From IMG/VR virus record IMGVR_UViG_3300048848_000038, positions 1-28,318 of that record: 28,318 nt of DNA; one strand, written 5' to 3'. The stretch's first letter is position 1; each line of letters starts with the position of its first letter. The notes under the pieces are model-generated. The model saw only the letters and a program-made list of their open reading frames with translations, was not told where the DNA came from and did not search any database. A program made the position numbers and the translations under genes. Shown here one piece after another: positions 25,133 through 28,318 of the stretch. Source of the DNA: a virus. Its lineage: Duplodnaviria; Caudoviricetes.

Positions 25133-27268
25133 CTAGAGCCAGCTGCCTTCGGCGCTGCCTATCCATCCGCCAGCGCCGGCGTCGGGCTCACCCCAGCGCT
25201 CTGCCTTTGGTTCGTCCGCGATCGCGGGTGCGTCGCGGTACCGCTCAGAGGCGGTCTCGACTTCTTCGTTCAGCCGCATGCCGAAGTGGATCAGGCCCTG
25301 CAGCGCGGCATAGGCGTAGATCCGGCAGTCGGTGCTCTCGTTGGCCTTGCCCTTGGGGCAATCCCAAAAGGTGATCCGGACGCCGGCCTGGATCTTCATC
25401 TTCAGCTGCTCGACGATCAACTGCTCGTACCAGGCCAGCTCGCGACGGGCGTCGAAGTGCATGTAACCCGGGCCGGGCGTCTCAACGCCGAGGCGGCCGC
25501 GCAACGTATCCTTCGCGGCATTGGTGCCGATGCTGACGGGGCGGAACTGCGACTTCTTGCGGTTGGTCGGTTTGACTGTCGGCCAGACCGGCGCGCGCTT
25601 GCCGCCACGCTCGGAGGCGCCCTTGATCGCCCAGACGTGCCGGCCGAGCCGGGCCTTGGCAAAGGCATAGACCTCGTTGGTGCGGTGACCACCAGAGTCG
25701 ACGCAGGCGGCCGAGACGGTGAACGGCCGGCCATCGGCACGCCGGAACGTGCGCAGCAGCTGCTGGTCGACGCGCTCCCATGTTTCCAGCTGCGAGGTGT
25801 CGCCATCGATGACGACATAGGCGAGGCTCCAGCTCTCCTCGTTTCGGCCCCAGCCGACGAACTCCATCTCGACGCGATCGTCCTGCGTATCGAGGCCGAC
25901 GGTGATGATGCCGACACCGTCCGGCACGTCGGCCGCCCAGGTCTCGGCGCGCGCGGCCAGCGTCTCGGCCGTCAGGTTCTTGCTCAATGCGCGCCGGTGT
26001 GGCTGGCCGCGCTGCGTGTTGTCGAAGATGACCCGTTGATCCGGATCGTCCTTCATATCGAGCCACTTCTTGGCCTGCTTGGGCGGCGCATCCTTCGGCC
26101 ATGGGCTGAAGACCTTGCCGGCGGTAAACGAGGCATGCTCGTTATCGACAGGCCAGGTGCCGCAGTCCGGACACCGCGCGCGATAGACCGCCCAGCGATC
26201 GCCCGCCCACCAATCCCAGACATGCGCGACCGGATCGACGGGGCGTTGTTCCTCGGGTGCCTTCCAGGCCGCCTCATAGTCGGCGAGCGGATCGTGATGC
26301 TTGCCGCAGCAGTAGAAGGGCTTGGTTTGGTGCCAGCGGACCGTCGCGGTTGGCCCCGACACCGCCTTCAGGCGCTGCCCCTCGCTCCATGGCACCCCGC
26401 ACGCCTCGCACAGCACCGCGGCCGTTTTTGGGTGATGGGCGATGACGACGCCCTGATCGTTGTAATCCTTCTGCCAGTCGACGCTGCGGAAGAACTCGAG
26501 AAAATTGCGGTGGCCGCACTCCGGGCATTCAACCGACGCCTGGCGCTGGTCGCCGTCGAGGTAGCTCGTGTGGATCCGGCTCTCGCCCTCGATCGTGGGC
26601 GAGCATACGCGGAGCGACAGATACTGCGGGAACGTGGCCTGGCGCTCATCGCCCAGCCCGATCGCGTCGCCCTCGCGCGTGACGACGTATTTATCGACCT
26701 CGTCGTAATAGGTGTTCCGCACCGGCCGGCGCGCCAGGTTGTCCGGACTGCCGGCGCCGACCATGGCGAGGAAGCCGCCCGGGTACGCCTTGTACGTCAG
26801 CGTTTCTTCCGACGATCGCGTCTTCTTCGAGCCGACCAGCTCGCGGAGCACGGGGGTCGCCTTGATCAGCGGCCCGATCCGCTCTTTCGAGAATGCCTCG
26901 ACCGCCTCGTCCTTCGGCTGCACCAGCAGCTGCGGGCACGGATCGAGGTGCATGAAATAACCGACCGTGTTCTCGATCAGCGCCGTTTTCATGAGCTGCG
27001 TGCAGACCATGCCGGTGATGACGTGGACGCCGGGCTCTGTCACCGCGAGCATCGGCCCGCGCGCGATCTCGACGGTGTTGGTCTTCCACTGCCCCGAGGT
27101 TGAGCCGGCGGACTTCGCCAGCTTGCGGAATTTGTCCGCCCAATCCGGCACCGTCATGCGTGGCGGGGGCGTCAGCCCCTTGCGCCACGATCGGGCTAGT
27201 CGTTCAGCCTTGCTCTCCGGCGAAGTCGGGGTCCGGCTCGCCGAGATCCTTGAGCTGGTCTTGGACAT
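25133..27268 (-). CDS. terminase large subunit, GpA family
   Basis: TPPPRMTVPDWAD, TQLMKT (Walker A variant), YYDEVDKY (Walker B), SPTIEGESRI, GLDTQDDR, CVDSGGH, AIKGAS and NESTDCRIYA motifs. Exact start uncertain. Confidence 0.95.
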   Translation of the reverse strand: MSKTSSRISASRTPTSPESKAERLARSWRKGLTPPPRMTVPDWADKFRKLAKSAGSTSGQWKTNTVEIARGPMLAVTEPGVHVITGMVCTQLMKTALIENTVGYFMHLDPCPQLLVQPKDEAVEAFSKERIGPLIKATPVLRELVGSKKTRSSEETLTYKAYPGGFLAMVGAGSPDNLARRPVRNTYYDEVDKYVVTREGDAIGLGDERQATFPQYLSLRVCSPTIEGESRIHTSYLDGDQRQASVECPECGHRNFLEFFRSVDWQKDYNDQGVVIAHHPKTAAVLCEACGVPWSEGQRLKAVSGPTATVRWHQTKPFYCCGKHHDPLADYEAAWKAPEEQRPVDPVAHVWDWWAGDRWAVYRARCPDCGTWPVDNEHASFTAGKVFSPWPKDAPPKQAKKWLDMKDDPDQRVIFDNTQRGQPHRRALSKNLTAETLAARAETWAADVPDGVGIITVGLDTQDDRVEMEFVGWGRNEESWSLAYVVIDGDTSQLETWERVDQQLLRTFRRADGRPFTVSAACVDSGGHRTNEVYAFAKARLGRHVWAIKGASERGGKRAPVWPTVKPTNRKKSQFRPVSIGTNAAKDTLRGRLGVETPGPGYMHFDARRELAWYEQLIVEQLKMKIQAGVRITFWDCPKGKANESTDCRIYAYAALQGLIHFGMRLNEEVETASERYRDAPAIADEPKAERWGEPDAGAGGWIGSAEGSWL

Positions 27269-27827
27269 GCCGATTCAGCGCCTCCAGGACCGCGTCGGCG
27301 GAGACGCCGATCTCGGCCGCGATCAGCGGACCGACCCGCGCCGGCCAATTCATCCATGCGTCCCGGATCTGCCGCGCCTGTTCGAACAGCACCGCCTCGG
27401 CGACCTCGATGTCGATGACGTCGCCGGCTTCCTTGCGGGCGGCGAGGAGGTTCTTGGCGGCGAGGCCGTTTTCCTTGATCCGCTCCGCCTCGGCGGTGGA
27501 CATAAATCGGCCGGCGAGCACCGAGGCGATGAAATCCTCGTCGCCGAGCGTCAGCGCCTCGACGGGGTCGGCCGGGCCGGTTGCCACGCGCGGCTGCGCC
27601 GGTGTTGCCACTTCGGGCGGGGTGGCAACCTTCGTGGCAACTTCCGCGGTGTTGCCACCCGGGTTGCCACGTCGATTTTGCCTCCGCCAGTCGCTGCCGG
27701 CGAGGGCAGGATCGAGCTTGCCGTCTGCCGAAATCGGCAGTTTTCCCTCGCGTACAGCCTTCTGGACCAGCGTGTGACTACAGCCGTCCAGCTTCGCGAA
27801 CTGCCGGACGGAGACCAGCTCGCTCAT
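27204..27827 (-). CDS. terminase small subunit (gpNu1-like)
   Basis: N-terminal HTH (SVRQFAKLDGCSHTLVQKAVREGKL) and C-terminal helical AERIKE...IRDAWMNWPARVGPLIAAE; immediately upstream of TerL. Confidence 0.85.
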   Translation of the reverse strand: MSELVSVRQFAKLDGCSHTLVQKAVREGKLPISADGKLDPALAGSDWRRQNRRGNPGGNTAEVATKVATPPEVATPAQPRVATGPADPVEALTLGDEDFIASVLAGRFMSTAEAERIKENGLAAKNLLAARKEAGDVIDIEVAEAVLFEQARQIRDAWMNWPARVGPLIAAEIGVSADAVLEALNRHVQDQLKDLGEPDPDFAGEQG

Positions 27828-27837
27828 GAGTGGCAAC
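27580..27837. repeat. seven copies of the 8-mer GTTGCCAC/GTGGCAAC (cosB-like array)
   Basis: GTTGCCAC at 27580, 27604, 27651 and 27663; GTGGCAAC at 27622, 27634 and 27830. Confidence 0.8.
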
Positions 27838-27864
27838 CCCTTTCAGATCCTGTAGCTGGGGATC

Positions 27865-27910
27865 GTATGTGCCATTGCGCCCCGCATACCGACAGCGCCG
27901 GGGAGGACCC
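27865..27910 (-). other. candidate cos site (cosQ + cosN)
   Basis: Minus strand GGGTCCT (27910-27904, identical to lambda cosQ), then the dyad GTATG-CGGGGCGCAATGGCA-CATAC just upstream of terS. Confidence 0.65.
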
Positions 27911-27942
27911 GCGACCGGGGGGGGTGGGTAGGTCCGATCCGG

Positions 27943-28152
27943 TCAGTCCGCGGCTCCTGCCGGGGGGGCGTGCGGCCCCGGCGGCAGGCCGGCGAGGGCT
28001 GCGCGCCACGTCGGTGCCGTGCCGCCTGCGCCGCCCGCCAGCGCGGCTTGCGCGCGGGCGGTGGGGGTCAGGCTCTGCCGCACCGCGACGCCCACCAAGA
28101 GCGGCTGCAGGCGGCCGGTGTGGACGGTCATGGTGCCGCCCAGGCGGACCAT
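27943..28152 (-). CDS. hypothetical protein
   Basis: Short ORF (MVRLGGTMTVHTGRLQPLL...) co-oriented with the operon; no motif; start uncertain. Confidence 0.3.
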   Translation of the reverse strand: MVRLGGTMTVHTGRLQPLLVGVAVRQSLTPTARAQAALAGGAGGTAPTWRAALAGLPPGPHAPPAGAAD

Positions 28153-28166
28153 GCCCACCAGATCGG

Positions 28167-28318
28167 TCAGCGGTGGCCGCGGCCGCGCACGACCGCGCGG
28201 ACGTCGCCGGCGACGGTCTCGATCGCGTCGTGCAGCATCTGCACGGCGACGAGGCTGCGCGACGGCGTGTCGGCACGCTCGGCCAACTCATAGAGCTGGT
28301 CGGCCGACTGGCGCAGGC
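28167..28318 (-). CDS. hypothetical protein, C-terminal part (truncated by window)
   Basis: Frame reads LRQSADQLYELAERADTPSRSLVAVQMLHDAIETVAGDVRAVVRGRGHR* with GC3-rich codon usage. Confidence 0.55.
   Translation of the reverse strand, partial: LRQSADQLYELAERADTPSRSLVAVQMLHDAIETVAGDVRAVVRGRGHR

Noticed and set aside
24908-27103. 731-aa plus-strand ORF and other long plus-strand ORFs (e.g. 18698-20029, 22198-23571, 4391-5562)
   Set aside because: Antisense shadows of GC3-rich minus-strand genes, with no recognisable motifs.
27580-27670. CRISPR or mini-array
   Set aside because: Repeats are only 8 bp, in mixed orientation and irregularly spaced; no cas genes.
1-28318. Gene transfer agent or contractile tail system
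   Set aside because: GpA terminase, lambda portal, cos-like site and long tape measure with no sheath or baseplate wedge indicate a cos-type siphophage. Integrase and att sites are not visible, so intactness cannot be judged.

Overview
This GC-rich window is almost entirely the late (morphogenesis and lysis) operon of a lambda-like siphophage prophage, transcribed on the minus strand. The host is probably an alphaproteobacterium such as a sphingomonad, which is an inference from gene content. From right to left: a candidate cos site (exact lambda cosQ GGGTCCT plus a cosN-like dyad), TerS, GpA-type TerL, gpW, lambda-type portal, a protease/major capsid fusion, DUF2190-like protein, head-tail joining and tail terminator proteins, tail tube, and a G/GT chaperone with a GGGAAAC -1 frameshift. 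Next come a DUF6441-like protein, a tape measure with an embedded Zn-peptidase, an apparently split hub/Dit/tail-fibre module, small membrane genes, a holin-like::GH108 endolysin fusion and overlapping spanins. Downstream of lysis, in the same run of genes, is an unusual accessory pair: a 1046-aa Calx-beta/lectin-like/FAD-oxidoreductase protein and a clan GH-A glycoside hydrolase, linked by a translationally coupled 38-aa ORF. After these lie a 12-codon micro-ORF with a perfect Shine-Dalgarno and hairpin, and the 3' end of an IS3-family element at the left edge. All family assignments are from motif recognition by eye, not database searches.
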